The notes below the pieces were generated by a model that had not been told where the DNA came from, did not search any database, and saw only the letters and a list, made by a program, of their open reading frames with translations. Source: Rhodosorus marinus CCMP1338 (Eukaryota; Plantae; Rhodophyta). From it: a stretch of 64,000 bases of DNA. The position numbers and the translations under genes were made by a program. Positions 11,281 to 22,700 of this stretch are shown in pieces (position 1 is the stretch's first letter; the number at the start of each line of letters is the position of its first letter). The stretch lies in the NCBI GenBank assembly GCA_029953675.1, contig JAMWBK010000013.1:496001-560000 (forward strand), read 5' to 3'.

Positions 11281-11613
11281 ACCCCCAAAACTAGGACCAC
11301 GCTGATCGGATTACTCCAAAGCCTGCTACTTATCACACACAACAGGCACAATCTGACTAAAGCACTACTAGGCATCGAAACCATCATAATACTCAGCTAC
11401 AGTATAGCCGCAAGACAAGGATCAGCCAGCAACATGACCGAAGCCACAGGACTAGTGATACTAGCCGTGAGCATAGGCGCCATTGAAGCAGCCATCGGAC
11501 TAGCTATCAGTGCCGCATACAGAAACGTGAGAACCAACCTTAACCTCAGCCTGCAGACTCTACTCATCCCCAAACCCACAAAGATGCCCGATAACCACCC
11601 ACGATCAGAATAA
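11281..11613 (+). CDS. nad4L: NADH dehydrogenase subunit 4L / NuoK-like frame with no in-frame ATG start
   Basis: Hand translation TTLIGLLQSLLLITHNRHNLTKALLGIETIIILSYSIAARQGSASNMTEATGLVILAVSIGAIEAAIGLAISAAYRNVRTNLNLSLQTL aligns without gaps to remembered E. coli NuoK (RRNLLFMLIGLE...ILAISLAAAEASIGLA...RQNLN), with both catalytic Glu kept; TAA at 11611-11613. Confidence 0.8.
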   Translation, partial: TPKTRTTLIGLLQSLLLITHNRHNLTKALLGIETIIILSYSIAARQGSASNMTEATGLVILAVSIGAIEAAIGLAISAAYRNVRTNLNLSLQTLLIPKPTKMPDNHPRSE

Positions 11614-12302
11614 ACCAGTTAGACCTCGCAGAACAACATTAATACAACTAACCGACGGAATACATCTACCACCCCAATACTCGCCGCAGCCAGACTAAGG
11701 ACAACTATGAAAGCGCAGTATCAGACCTAGATAAGCCCCGGAAAGCGCTAAAACAGACAACATCGGACATCAAACACATGAAATAGAAGCTCAGAATCAG
11801 CCAAAAACAGCAATAAACCACTCAGAATCAGCCATAAAAACACGAAATAGGAGCTCAAAAGTCGAAAAAAAGCACGAAGAACAACAAAAATAAGGACTAG
11901 GAATCACGGAAAAATGATAAATTATACTAAATATACCCCCAGGGACACCTCAAACCAGCTCAAAATACACTAATCAGACCAGGCAAAACACGGAAATAAG
12001 ACGGCAAAAAAACACAGAAAAACATGAAACAAACATGAAAGAAGAGATAAAAAACAAGAAAAGTACCGAAGACACTGAAAATAACTACAAGAACAAGAAA
12101 TAAGAGACAAAAAAGATGAGAAAAGGGATAAAAAACAGGAAAACAGACATCAGAAAGCAGAAAAATAAGCAAAAAAGAGCAAAATAAACATCAGAAACAA
12201 GAAAAGAAGAGAAAATACAGAAATAAACATGAATTAGCACCCCGAAAGCACGAAAAACATCAGACGAAATACACAGAAAAGATGAAAAATAAACGCCAGG
12301 TA

Positions 12303-12425
12303 TGGGGTTATGCCCAGGGGGGTCGGATTTTTCGCTGTATAACCCTCTAAACCCCCTGTTTTCGAGGGTTTAACCACTTCTGGCTCGTAAACAGCGAAAA
12401 ACCCGACCCACTTGGCACAAACCTA
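12303..12425. mobile_element. MITE related to the TAGGGTTG hAT-like family
   Basis: Degenerate TIRs tggggttatgcc / ggcacaaaccta; 12345-12425 is similar to the reverse complement of 47698-47785. Confidence 0.6.
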
Positions 12426-13814
12426 CTAGGAACCACCGATAAAGGCCGAAAATAGATAACATCGGACATCAAAAATCAGGTATCTATGAACTAAATCCAA
12501 GCCCGAAGACCAATCAACAGCTAAGTTCAGAAGGGAACCGCCAGCACGTCTACTCAAAATGGTAGTCAGCACGAAAGATCAGAAATCAGCACCAGAGAAG
12601 CCAATCTCCGGAAAACTCAATAAGAGAGACAACGTCCAGGACTGAAAAAGGCTCGAAAAACAAGATCAGGGACAAAAAAGACTAGGGGCAAAATAACAAA
12701 ACAACAAGCCCGACAGGATCTAAGCACTGAAGACAGTAAAACCTCAACACCCGCATGGAGGTTAAGACTGCAACGACAAGAAGTCAATAAGCAGTATGAG
12801 AACCACGTATCAGCGAACAAGGAAAATCAGCTACAACATGGGACCAGTACTGAAAACCGGACACCAGGACTTCACAAAAAGGCAGAAACCAGACAAAGAA
12901 GCACCAACTCAACCACCTTCGGCAGCTGGACTTGAGATCAACAGGGAAGAGCGAAATCAATTCAACCTGGATCCCAGATAACCGCCAGTCACCCTCGATC
13001 ACCAGGGAGACCGAAGTCAATCCGACTGGATCACGATACCAGCTCAACAAGACCGAAGAGAGTGAAAATAGGCAAAATAACAAGATAATCACTACTGAAA
13101 AGGATCTCAAAGACAGAACTCAAACCGAACTAACAGCCTGGACACCCGTAAGAGATCTCAGCGGAACTATTCCGGAGACTCTTCAACTCAAAGCATGAAA
13201 GCCAACCCCACCACTACTCAGCTAGACCACCTGCGGAACAGTACTGAACAAGTCTCCAAATACAGCCTAAGTACCAACCTCAGCCCCCGAAATACAGGCC
13301 ATCTCAATCCGAAGCCCAGCAGCTCAAGGACAAAGGCGGCCTTTTTGCGTGAACCAGTACCAAAGACCATCTGCCCCACTAGGAATATTCCAGACCTCCA
13401 GCAGAACATCTATACTCAGACTAGGGACCAAATTACAAGAACATACAGAGATAGCAAGCAGCCTGCCACTCTACACAGTACTGAACGAGCTCTCATAGGC
13501 ATGAACTAAACCAGACCAGTTAACCTAGGGAAAGCTCTCTATGCCCCTGGACTCCTCAAAGAAATAACCAGGTAGCCACAAACTCAACCAAGCAGCCTAA
13601 AAACCAGCCCTCCTCTTCCTCATCAAAACACGATCTGGATCGGGACGGCTTTTGCGCGACCTACAACAGCAAATACAAGCCGCTATCAACTTTTTGAGTA
13701 GGGGATCAGTACTAAATACTCCTCTCATAGCTCCTAAAACCACAAATCTAATCAACCAGCCACTATCTTCAGTAGGCCACAGCCACTAGCCACTATCTTC
13801 AGTAGGCTATCACC

Positions 13815-13984
13815 GGGCGGTGCCCCTAGCACTAACTCCCCGAGTAACGTGTCAACGCTAGGGACCAACCAAATGAACCTCTCCAGCCTCCCTCCACTGT
13901 AGAGGGCGGTGCCCCTAGCACTAACTCCTCGAGTAACATCTCAACGCTAGGGACCAACCAAATGAACCTCTCCAGCCTCCCTCC
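13815..13984. repeat. 81-bp near-identical direct repeat (13815-13895, 13904-13984)
   Basis: gggcggtgcccctagcactaactcc...gaacctctccagcctccctcc occurs twice. Confidence 0.9.
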
Positions 13985-14854
13985 TCCGCAATCCAATCTC
14001 ACAAGCAGCATGAACATTCTCCTGAACCACAAAACAGCCTCTGCAGCGTATATACCCAGCTAAACCCATTTTTGCCCCCTTTTCGCCTTTTTCGACCAAA
14101 TCTAGTAGGGAACAGAAGCTGAAATCAAAGAAATACAAGAAATACCCAATACTCCCAAATAATGCGAAAACGGCGTATATAGCGCAATCAAAGAAATCCA
14201 TAAACCAGCCAACCTTGCGAAGCAAACTCCCAAGCAACCACCCACCTCAGCCCCAGATCCTTGGCCTGGCACCCCTCAAAGCTCGACATAGAGTCCTAGG
14301 GAAGCAGATACCCCTCCAGCCACCCTCAAATCAGGCAATCTCGCGTTGATACCGAAAAAAAGGTGCAGAGGCCGTTTTTGGGGGGGGTCGAAGGTGTACT
14401 GAGTGTTTTAGAACGGGCAGAGCTCCGTGAAGAAACAAGGTGCGGCTCACCTAGTTGATGACCAAAGCTCAGGTTCATAGAGCTCTATCATAGTCTGGAA
14501 AACGGTTCATGCTATACAGGCTAAAACAAGGAGACATGGCGTACTGCTGGAAAAAAAAAAAGAGCCCGGGCCCCATTTAGTTTTTCTCGCGAACTTGTGG
14601 ATGTGAAAGGTAAAGAAGTTTGTCGGTTACCCGCGAGATACACGGATGAATTCAAGCTCTAGAATGGCTTCCCTCGGTCCGACTGTGGCCCTGCCACCAG
14701 CACCAGAAAATAAGTCGAACTAGTCACTCCGTCTCGGCGGCCAACCAGAACACCACTCCATCCCCCCTCCCCCAAAAAGAGGACAAATCACACATCCCCA
14801 CCACCTCAATTATGAATGGCGGTTTTACTATGAATAGGATAAGGAACGACGGAA

Positions 14855-15090
14855 TGCGGAGCAAGGGCCGTTCTCACAGGTTCCAGCCTTCCCTTGTGGA
14901 AAGCTTTGGACATCTGGAAAAGTCAAGCTTGCCGTAGCTGCGGAAGTATTTTACTGACAGTCCTGCTGAATCTATTGTGGACTCTTAGGCCGTTTTAGTG
15001 TCGCTCTCTGGCGATATTGTAGCAGCATGCTCGCCTAGGCGCGCCACCGCCGCCTGTGCTTGTAGGCTTTTCTCCCTAGTTCCTAGTGTT
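14855..15090 (+). mobile_element. CRE-like subfamily A 3' fragment
   Basis: RSHRFQPSLVESFGHLEK...RFSVALWRYCSSML.ARHRRL; inverted relative to 16015-16250. Confidence 0.75.
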
Positions 15091-15114
15091 CCCATAGAAT
15101 GTGGATGAACGGAT

Positions 15115-15265
15115 TTTCTTAGCATAGCCTGAATCGCTACGCAGGGCGTGAAAGGGAAGTAGGAACTAGTGAGAAAAGCGTGCAAACCCTGGCTTCGATG
15201 GCGCGCCTCGGCGAGCATGCTGCCACCATATCGCCGGGTAGCGACAATCAACCGGCGTAGGAGTA
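15115..15265 (-). mobile_element. CRE-like subfamily A 3' fragment (a further 3'-UTR-only piece lies at 15370-15420 on +)
   Basis: agcatagcctgaatcgctacgcagggcgtg...ggcgcgcctcggcgagcatgc, similar to 5575-5670. Confidence 0.75.
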
Positions 15266-15559
15266 GAATGTAGTCTTCTACGCCGCTCTGGGGTCTCCTT
15301 AGCTTAGCGTATCTTGATTTTCTTGCGTATCCCAGCGCTACATTCTGTAGTTGGAATAAACGGTCCAAGTTCCCTTTTACGCCCTGCGTAGTGATTCAGG
15401 CTATATGCTAGTGAAACCCACGCCCTCCCTCTTTAACTAGTTAAACCACCACTCATAAATAGCAAAAGCGGACCGACTAACACTTTCCAAAAAAAAAAAA
15501 GGGAAAGAGGCAAACGATGAATTAAATTGTTTAATCGAACGAAACGAATGGTTTAAGAA

Positions 15560-15960
15560 AAAACTCAGAGGGGAAAAAGACTATGCGCCCCGAAGATATC
15601 GCGCCTCCAACATCAAAGCAGCGTTCATACGCCTCGGCAAGAAACTTAAACGGGTAAACGATGAGAGAGACGGTCAGGGCGTTCGCGGAACAACTCTCGA
15701 AGCCAACGAAAACCAAAGAATCCATAAACCAAAGCACTCAATGACCATAGTTACCAGGCGATGAGCTAGAGCCGAAGCAAGGTGCAGGGGGAGGACGAAC
15801 GCCCCTCCTATTTCAACTCTTTTCGACTTCTCATACTGGCAGCGGCAAACCCCGGCACTCCCCGCAGCCGGCAAATAACGACTAGCCTGTGGATTAGTAA
15901 CAGGAAGACTAAAAATGATAGGGTCCGCTTGCCAGCGACTAGGTGGTGGTGGTTTTACTG
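15560..15960 (-). mobile_element. CRE-like subfamily C 3' fragment
   Basis: Similar to 27710-28100; ASALAHRLVTMVIECFG endonuclease-end motif. Confidence 0.7.
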
Positions 15961-15984
15961 GGTAAAGGGTTTACGTTTACAAGT

Positions 15985-16290
15985 ATAACCTGAAGCGCTA
16001 CGGAGGACGTAAACGCGAACTAGGACCTAGGGAGAAAAGCGTGCAAGCACAGGCTGCGGTGGCGCACCTGGGCGAGCATGCTGCTACAATAGCCCACAGA
16101 GCGACACTTAAACGGCCTAGGAGTCCCAGACATTCAGCAGGATTGTCAGTAAAATACTTCCGCAGTCACGGCAAGCTCGACTTTTCCAGACGCGCATAGC
16201 TTTCCACAAGGAAATGCTGGAACCTGTGAGAACGCCCCTCTGCCCAGGGGAGACTGCCTATGCTCTCGGCATACTGTCCTTCCTCACAGT
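15985..16290 (-). mobile_element. CRE-like subfamily A 3' fragment
   Basis: Same C-terminal motif and 3' UTR as other subfamily A copies. Confidence 0.75.
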
Positions 16291-16638
16291 CGGCGAAGTA
16301 CAGAAGCAGCTCTCCCCCGGCGGAGAGCGGCAGAGGGGAGATAGGTACTCAATGATAGGTACAAAGGCTTAGTTAAATCAGCTACATGCCGTCCTTACCG
16401 AGTGAGAGGGTGTTCGAATTTTCGAAGAGGTATCTTGGAGCTTTCAGATTTCAAGAATTCATTTTTTCTAATGGTACTTGTAGTAGAGGATGTTCGAATG
16501 ATCTTCAACTAGGTATCTGGGCATTCTGGTACTTTTCGAGCAGAATAAAAGGACGTGTGCACAAACATCTTTGTGGCAGAGTAGAGGCACCTTGGACTGC
16601 AGTGTGTATTTGGAGCAACATTTCTATTGTTATCAAAG

Positions 16639-17748
16639 ATGAAGAGCTACTACGCGACGACGGTGTTTATCGCGGTTGGTTGCTTGGCTGCAATCGCAGC
16701 GGGCCAGCAGCAGTACTGTAACCCAAATGGTATGCTTCCCACTTTCCAGAAAAGGCCCACGATATTGCACTATGGTGGGGGGTCGGAGACGATGGGGACT
16801 CGGGCTGGACAGATGGAAACACAAACAGTTCTGAACGAAGACGGATCAACGAGTTTTCAGGTGCTGGTAACGAACTACGAGGGGAAAATTTTAAACATTA
16901 CGAAAGTGAGAATTGGAGTTTGGCCCACTTGCGATGGGACTACCGTTCCCTTAGGACCCGGCAAGTTTCAGATTAACCTTGCCGACGATGAGATTGATCA
17001 GGGCAACTGGAGATTTCAGATTCCAGTGACGAGTATGCCGATTCCCAACTGCCTTTCTGAGGACAAGTTCTGCATGGTTGTGGCGCTGGGGGGATACGTG
17101 TCCACAAACGAATTTGTAAACCTCAGATTGTCCTCGAGCTACACCAATGGCAACCAGTGCCCGGCCCATACCCCTCAGGGACCTAACGGGGTGACTCAGT
17201 GCCCAATCGGCGTGACGTGGAGGGAGAATTGCGAGTCTGAAGGTTACTATCCCGTTTTCAAAAGCTGGAATTATCTGACCTTTCCAAACGGGCCCGAGGG
17301 GGATGTTTTTACTGCAAATTTGCGCATGGAGTCAATGCTTGGACCCGACGGAAATACAGGTCTCACGGTATTCATAACCACACAATCCCCAAACTTCCTA
17401 AAATTAACGAGAGCGAGGTTTGGAGTCTGGCCCAACTGCAACGACGGAAGTGTCCCCAATGGAGGAAGCAAGTTTCAGGTTAGCGTTACCGAAGATTTGA
17501 TTGATCAGCAAGACATGGCCTGGAGGATCGCAACTGCCGGGATGCCGATTCCCAATTGCGTTAATCTGCGCACTTTCTGCTTCGTCGGGTCGTTCAAGGC
17601 AGAAGTTATTGATTACCTCAATACCACCGTCTCGAGAAGCCTCGTAATTTCTAAACAGTACACCAATGGGACTCAATGCAAGGGCGGCATGGGTAGGGGA
17701 CCCAACGGGGTACAGCAGTGCGCAATCGGCGTGGATTGGCAAGTCTGA
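16639..17748 (+). CDS. Intronless secreted protein with two tandem ~140-aa Cys-containing domains; unknown family
   Basis: Signal peptide MKSYYATTVFIAVGCLAAIAAG; repeated motifs GVWPxC, KFQ, IDQ, MPIPNC, FC, YTNGxQC, GPNGVxQCxIGVxW. Confidence 0.85.
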   Translation: MKSYYATTVFIAVGCLAAIAAGQQQYCNPNGMLPTFQKRPTILHYGGGSETMGTRAGQMETQTVLNEDGSTSFQVLVTNYEGKILNITKVRIGVWPTCDGTTVPLGPGKFQINLADDEIDQGNWRFQIPVTSMPIPNCLSEDKFCMVVALGGYVSTNEFVNLRLSSSYTNGNQCPAHTPQGPNGVTQCPIGVTWRENCESEGYYPVFKSWNYLTFPNGPEGDVFTANLRMESMLGPDGNTGLTVFITTQSPNFLKLTRARFGVWPNCNDGSVPNGGSKFQVSVTEDLIDQQDMAWRIATAGMPIPNCVNLRTFCFVGSFKAEVIDYLNTTVSRSLVISKQYTNGTQCKGGMGRGPNGVQQCAIGVDWQV

Positions 17749-17799
17749 GGTTAGCTGCGATCCCCATGTGCTGTAAAAATAAAAAAAAAGCAGTGGTGT

Positions 17800-18065
17800 G
17801 ATCCGACCTTTACTTCATATGAAATACAACCTGAGTGTCTAAGAGCGTAATGGAATCCTTAGGAAACATCTGATAAAACCTTGCGTTCCAAATTCTCCGG
17901 AGAATGAGGGGTGCGACACGAACAATTCCGCCTTCGTGAAACTGCTTCTCGATAACCGTTCTATGCGATTCGATGGTGAAGCTCGTATCAATACGTAATA
18001 GACACAATCCACCTACGAACCACCACTTAAGATCGGTCGATAGAATTTCAACTTTGGCCTTTCTT
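17800..18065 (-). repeat. Dispersed repeat (second copy 24638-24905) with a conserved minus-strand reading frame
   Basis: gatccgacctt...cgacacgaacaattccgc...cgattcgatggtgaagc is shared by both copies. Confidence 0.75.
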
Positions 18066-18195
18066 GCGTTTTGTAAGTCTCAATCCTTTTTCCTTTCTAT
18101 ATCTACTCTCAGCTACCAGTACTAAGAGTTAGGCTTTTATCCCGCGTCCATTTGTCGCTAATAATCCCAACAGCGCGACGACTGGGTTACGTTGT

Positions 18196-18748
18196 AACCG
18201 TAAGCTTTACTGGGCAGCTGCCTACTGCAGCGTAACAGTACTTCTATCGCTGTCTAGGGGAATACTTACTCGAACCCCGCTACCGGGGTCTCATGCTACG
18301 TTCTAAAGCAAACCGGACCAGTTGGAGAATCCACTGGTACAGGCACCAGTGGATTCTCCAACTGGTCCACGCGCAAAGCGCCTAGCTCTATCTCCGCATT
18401 ACCTCGCCAAAGTTGCTGGTTTATCTGCGATCTTATATCGCTCAGTTCTAGGCTCCGGTGCAACAAATGCTTGCAAATGTCCCGCAGAAACTCCTGTGCC
18501 ATCGGTCCAGTCCGCCCAAATGTTTCTATTGCAATTGGGATGAACTTGTCATCCGGGTGTTCTATCGTCATCGCCTCCTTGAGTGTGCTTTCTTCCACCT
18601 CTCTGCACATCTTGCTGCATATCCACTCTCCCCCTCACTACGCCTCAGATACTTCCCTTGCAGAGGAGACACGACCGTCACGTCCAGCGCATACCGTTGA
18701 AATGTCCTCGGATGCGGAGCAATGATGTTGCTCAGTTGTAAAGCTTAC
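18196..18748 (-). mobile_element. 5'-truncated CRE-like subfamily B copy with 11-bp TSD
   Basis: FIPIAIETFGRTG...LWRGNAEI matches element B; ggttacgttgt at 18185-18195 and 18749-18759. Confidence 0.85.
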
Positions 18749-18779
18749 GGTTACGTTGTCTTTGAACAAAAGAGTGTGA

Positions 18780-19500
18780 GCAAAACACTGGCTTGATTGC
18801 TTGTCTTGGAGTATCCCGCACTCGTATACGAACAAGCTTGGCTCATATTTCCTCCAACTCTTCTAAGCCACCTTAAAAGTCTAGACGTTCATGTCGTCAA
18901 CACGTCTGTTTCTATCCAGGGTAGCAGTAAACCGTTTTTCCAACTAGTATGTTATAATAGGCGCCTCTGCAGCGGTGATGCTTCCATCAGAGGAACAGCC
19001 TACATTCGACCACTAGTCGGTTGCCGTGCAACTCGATCCAGACGAATCCCAGAACCCGCAGAAAAGCCTTGCGGCTCGCTCCACACAAATCTCCGTAAAT
19101 GACCACAGCTTCAGCCATAGGAAGAGCTCCTCCTGGAGCTCATCATGTCGTTTAGTTCTCATCCCAGACGATGCTCGGCAATCGTGGAGCTGCTGATTCC
19201 ACGACCGTCGTGTGGTTGCCTGCCGAAGTGTAAACTCTCGCCCAAGCCCCGGTGAAGGTAGTCCTAGGAGCATTCGAATGCTCTACATCATTTCTGATCG
19301 ATCGCTTCTGCTTCCTCGGGCCGGTTGCGGGGAAGTCTCGCAACCAGACCCCACTCCCAGCCCCGGCTGCCGACCGGATTCGGGCTCGATCAATGTCACC
19401 TAACGTCAGATCCCACGCTAGTAGTAAAAGCACAACCAGCTCCTCACAGGTATGTCGGTGACCCCCGCGTGAGTCTAACGCAACTGTAAACATTTTCCTG
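18780..19500 (-). mobile_element. Degenerate CRE-like element (further subfamily)
   Basis: RARIRSAAGAGSGVWLRDFP; LHDC...RTKRHDELQEEL; PWIETD. Confidence 0.65.
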
Positions 19501-19599
19501 GGCAACTACTTAATTCAATCAACACACCCAGGGATTCGTGATTCGGCTCTAGCTGATCCCCTGGTGATTGAGAGCTTTGGGTTTATGAATTCCCATTGG

Positions 19600-19740
19600 T
19601 TCTCGTTGTCTTCAGGATTTGCTCCGCGAAGGACGTGACCGTCGTCCTCACTGTTTACAAGTTTAAGTTTCTTGGCGTATGAACGCTGCGTTGACGTTGG
19701 AGGTGCGCGATCTTCGCCGCGCGTCGGTTTTTTTGTTGAC
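19600..19740 (+). mobile_element. CRE-like subfamily C 3' fragment
   Basis: Similar to the reverse complement of 15570-15700. Confidence 0.6.
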
Positions 19741-19849
19741 CGTTTGTTGTTTTGCCGGATCAACCCTCCTCCTTTGATACAAAACTGGTGGAGCCCCATA
19801 TGTGGTCTAGGCACCTCATAGTAGTCTAAGACGATGAACTTAAATTAGA

Positions 19850-20250
19850 ACCAGATACGCCTATATCTAGCACCATCGTAGAGTATATTATATGCTAGGC
19901 ACTCTGGATCCAGGAGGGTTGCCTGAGTAAAATGTGAAGGGGTGTGCGCCTCCACGGGTGTCTATAGCTTAGTAACGACTTCCAGTTCCAACAAAAACCA
20001 CCTTTGATAGCGTTAAATGTAAAGTAATTACAATCTACTTAAGGGATAGACGATAAGGAAGGGCAGAACGTGTTGGGATCTTAGGCTCACCCTTGGATGG
20101 CCAGGGGTAGGGTCGGGTTGACTGTGGGTTTAGTAGTACGGTCGTCGGGGTTTAGTTGAGGGAATTTTACTGCGATTAGTAATAGCCGTTGCTAGATTTG
20201 AACCGCTGAAGGATGCAATGGAGTTACTTAGAGTAGCTGCGACTATGTTT
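19850..20250 (-). mobile_element. Degenerate Ty3/Gypsy pol remnant
   Basis: PYRLS motif; 20090-20230 is similar to 27570-27680. Confidence 0.45.
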
Positions 20251-20261
20251 GAATAGCTGCG

Positions 20262-20511
20262 TGTAGCAAATTAGCTCTTTTGTACTTTTTTCCCAAACAT
20301 CCTCGCCTTCCTTTATTCGTACCCTGAGCCTATGCATCAAATGCATTCAATAAGTACTCTAACGTTCGTAGTCTCCGACTACCATGGACGGTCCTCATTC
20401 ACTCTACCCCAGGTATAGTGTATATCCGCTATGGTACCAATATTGTCTTCTACTACTACGTTCAGGTTTCTACCCAGATGGTGAAGGCCGCGTACCCTTG
20501 AGCTCTCAACA
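20262..20511 (-). repeat. Copia 3' LTR (250 bp)
   Basis: Aligns with 23896-24144. Confidence 0.88.
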
Positions 20512-22299
20512 CTCACCATCGGCCCTTTCCCACTAGGGGGATCTAATGTCCATACCGAGTCCCTTCTGCAAAATGACGAACCTATCTTTGGTAAGTCGCT
20601 TGGTAAATACATCCGCAAGCTTTTCCTCCGTTGGAAGATACCTCAATTATACCTCTCCACTTGTGCAACGGTACCTTGCATAATGGAGTTTCACAGACAC
20701 GTGCCGCGACATCCGGCTGTCGTTTGTTACCGACCACCTAATACAGGAATTGTTGTCAGAATAGTCTGGGGTTACGTTAGTCTGGGGTTACGTTTGCGTC
20801 TCGACTTCGCGTCCCAGCTCCTCAAGAAATTCTTGAGGCCAGCGTTGTAATGTGAGCATGTCGCCACGTGCTTGATATTCTGCTTCCGTCGTCGATTGTG
20901 CGATTGAGCGCTGCCTCCACGACCTGTACAGCACGGTTGATCTGTTCAGTAGCATACCGCTAGTGCTCCTTCGATCGACATTGTCGTCAGCCCAAGTTGA
21001 GTCAGAATACCCTGTCACCTGGTATTTTGTGCCGTTCACACCCTCTTCACCCAACCGCAGTACTAGATCCCTTGTACCTTGGAGATACTTGACAAGTTTT
21101 TCTCGCTTTTTCATAGTCTCCGAGCCTGAAGTTTGTCATTCTTGCGCATTGTCCCATGGCATTGGCTATGCCGGGTCGCGTTCTGGTGCTGAGGAATAAG
21201 AGCGACCCGACAAGTTCTTGAAAAGGTGCTTGCATCATCTCGGTGACTTCTTCCGTAACGGATTTAGACGTCATGATGATTGGAGTGGATAGGGGCTTGC
21301 ATCCTAACATTGCATACGTAGTGACGATGTCTTTGACGTATCTTGTCTGCCCGAGGTAGATTTCGCGTCTCCTTTGGTCTCGTTGTATTTGGACGCCGAG
21401 GAATTCATCTACCTTACCCAGCATCTTAACCCGGTACAGCGCCTGTAGTGTTTCCTTGGCTTTCCGCACGTCGCTCACGTTTCCAATGATCAACATATCA
21501 TACACGTGAACTGCAAGGATGAGCGTTCCCCGCTTGAAAACGCAGCTGTCCGTTCTCAAGGTGTCGACCCCGTGTGCTCTAGGTCGGCGTTCAGTTGCTC
21601 GTGCCAGACCCTCCCCTACTGCTTCAAACCGTAGAGGCTTTTCTTCAGTTTTCATATCTTATCAGCGTTTCCTGCTTATTCTAGCCCTTTCGACTGACAC
21701 AGGAAAAGTTCTTCCTCCAGTGTACCGTTCAGGTAGGCTGTAGTGACATCTGCCTCTTCCACTTCAAGATCTTCAGTCGCCGCTACACTCAGTCATACTC
21801 TGACACTAGAGAAGCCAACTGTGGGCGAAAATGTTTCATCGTAGTCGACGCCTTCTCTTTACGTAAATCGTCGCGTGACAATTCTTGCTTTGAATTTTGT
21901 CACCGCTCCATAACAACCGGTTCTCACTGGAAACACTATCTTTGAGCTCAGGATTCTTCGTCCGTTGGGCACTTTGTCTTTTGAGATAAATTGCGACGTT
22001 CCCTTTTCTCTCAGGGAGCCAATTTCTTCTGCGGCTGCTCTCTTCCACTCTTCCGTGTATGGACCTCCGTTTGCTTCCGCCAATGCCGTTGGCTCCGGTA
22101 CGTCGTACATGGAATCACCCTTTTGGAACAAGTTCTGGGTTATGGTGTTTTCTTGCTGTTGTGCCCTCTCTGGTTCCTTCGTTGATTCGGGCCATTCGTT
22201 GTCAGGCTTGCGGATCTTCTGAGCCTTCGGAGGACGTTACTCTTCCTGTATGCTCCAATTTCGCGTATGTATGAACTTGTCTTTCGTTGGCAAACATAC

Positions 22300-22700
22300 A
22301 TTAGCTACACGGGCGTTGCTCACGTGGAGTATGAGGTCCCTCTGGCGGTGGCAACGGAAATTGCTGACTACAGTGACGCCCCAGCGGTACAGCGGGTGGC
22401 GGATCTCGTTGTGTCTGACCTAAATGGGCGTCGCAGTGAGTACATTGACCTCTCCATCCCTTGTCCTCAGGCGACCAGGTACCTACCTGCGTCCGCTCGG
22501 CGTCGAGGAGCTGCAGCTCGGTCCATGTGGCACGTGAAAGAATCGCAGTACGCGGCAGCGACGTCAAAACCTGCTTTTCGCAATTCGGCGGTGACATACC
22601 GGTTTTTCCCCCTCACTCTTGAATGCTGTGGATTGATAGATAGTGGAGGTTCTCGCTGGCTGCGAGGTATCTTCGCAACGACCAAGGGCGTCTAGATAGT
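22300..22700 (+). mobile_element. CRE-like endonuclease fragment inserted antisense inside the Copia
   Basis: VEYEVP...RVADLVV...EYIDLSIPCP...FFPLTLECCG. Confidence 0.75.

Larger units (their letters stand above)
10950..14350 (+). other. Strongly strand-skewed (A/C-rich, T-poor) block; candidate mitochondrial-derived insertion (NUMT)
   Basis: Visible compositional skew unlike the flanks; contains the nad4L-like frame, short direct repeats (aacatcggacatcaaa x2, tcagaatcagcca x2) and an 81-bp duplication; boundaries approximate. Confidence 0.5.

Noticed and set aside
11960-14237. Hydrophobic minus-strand ORFs (11960-12172, 12784-13110, 13947-14237)
   Set aside because: Their F/L/V richness follows from the strand skew; no mitochondrial gene motifs (atp9, cox, cob, other nad) were found by eye
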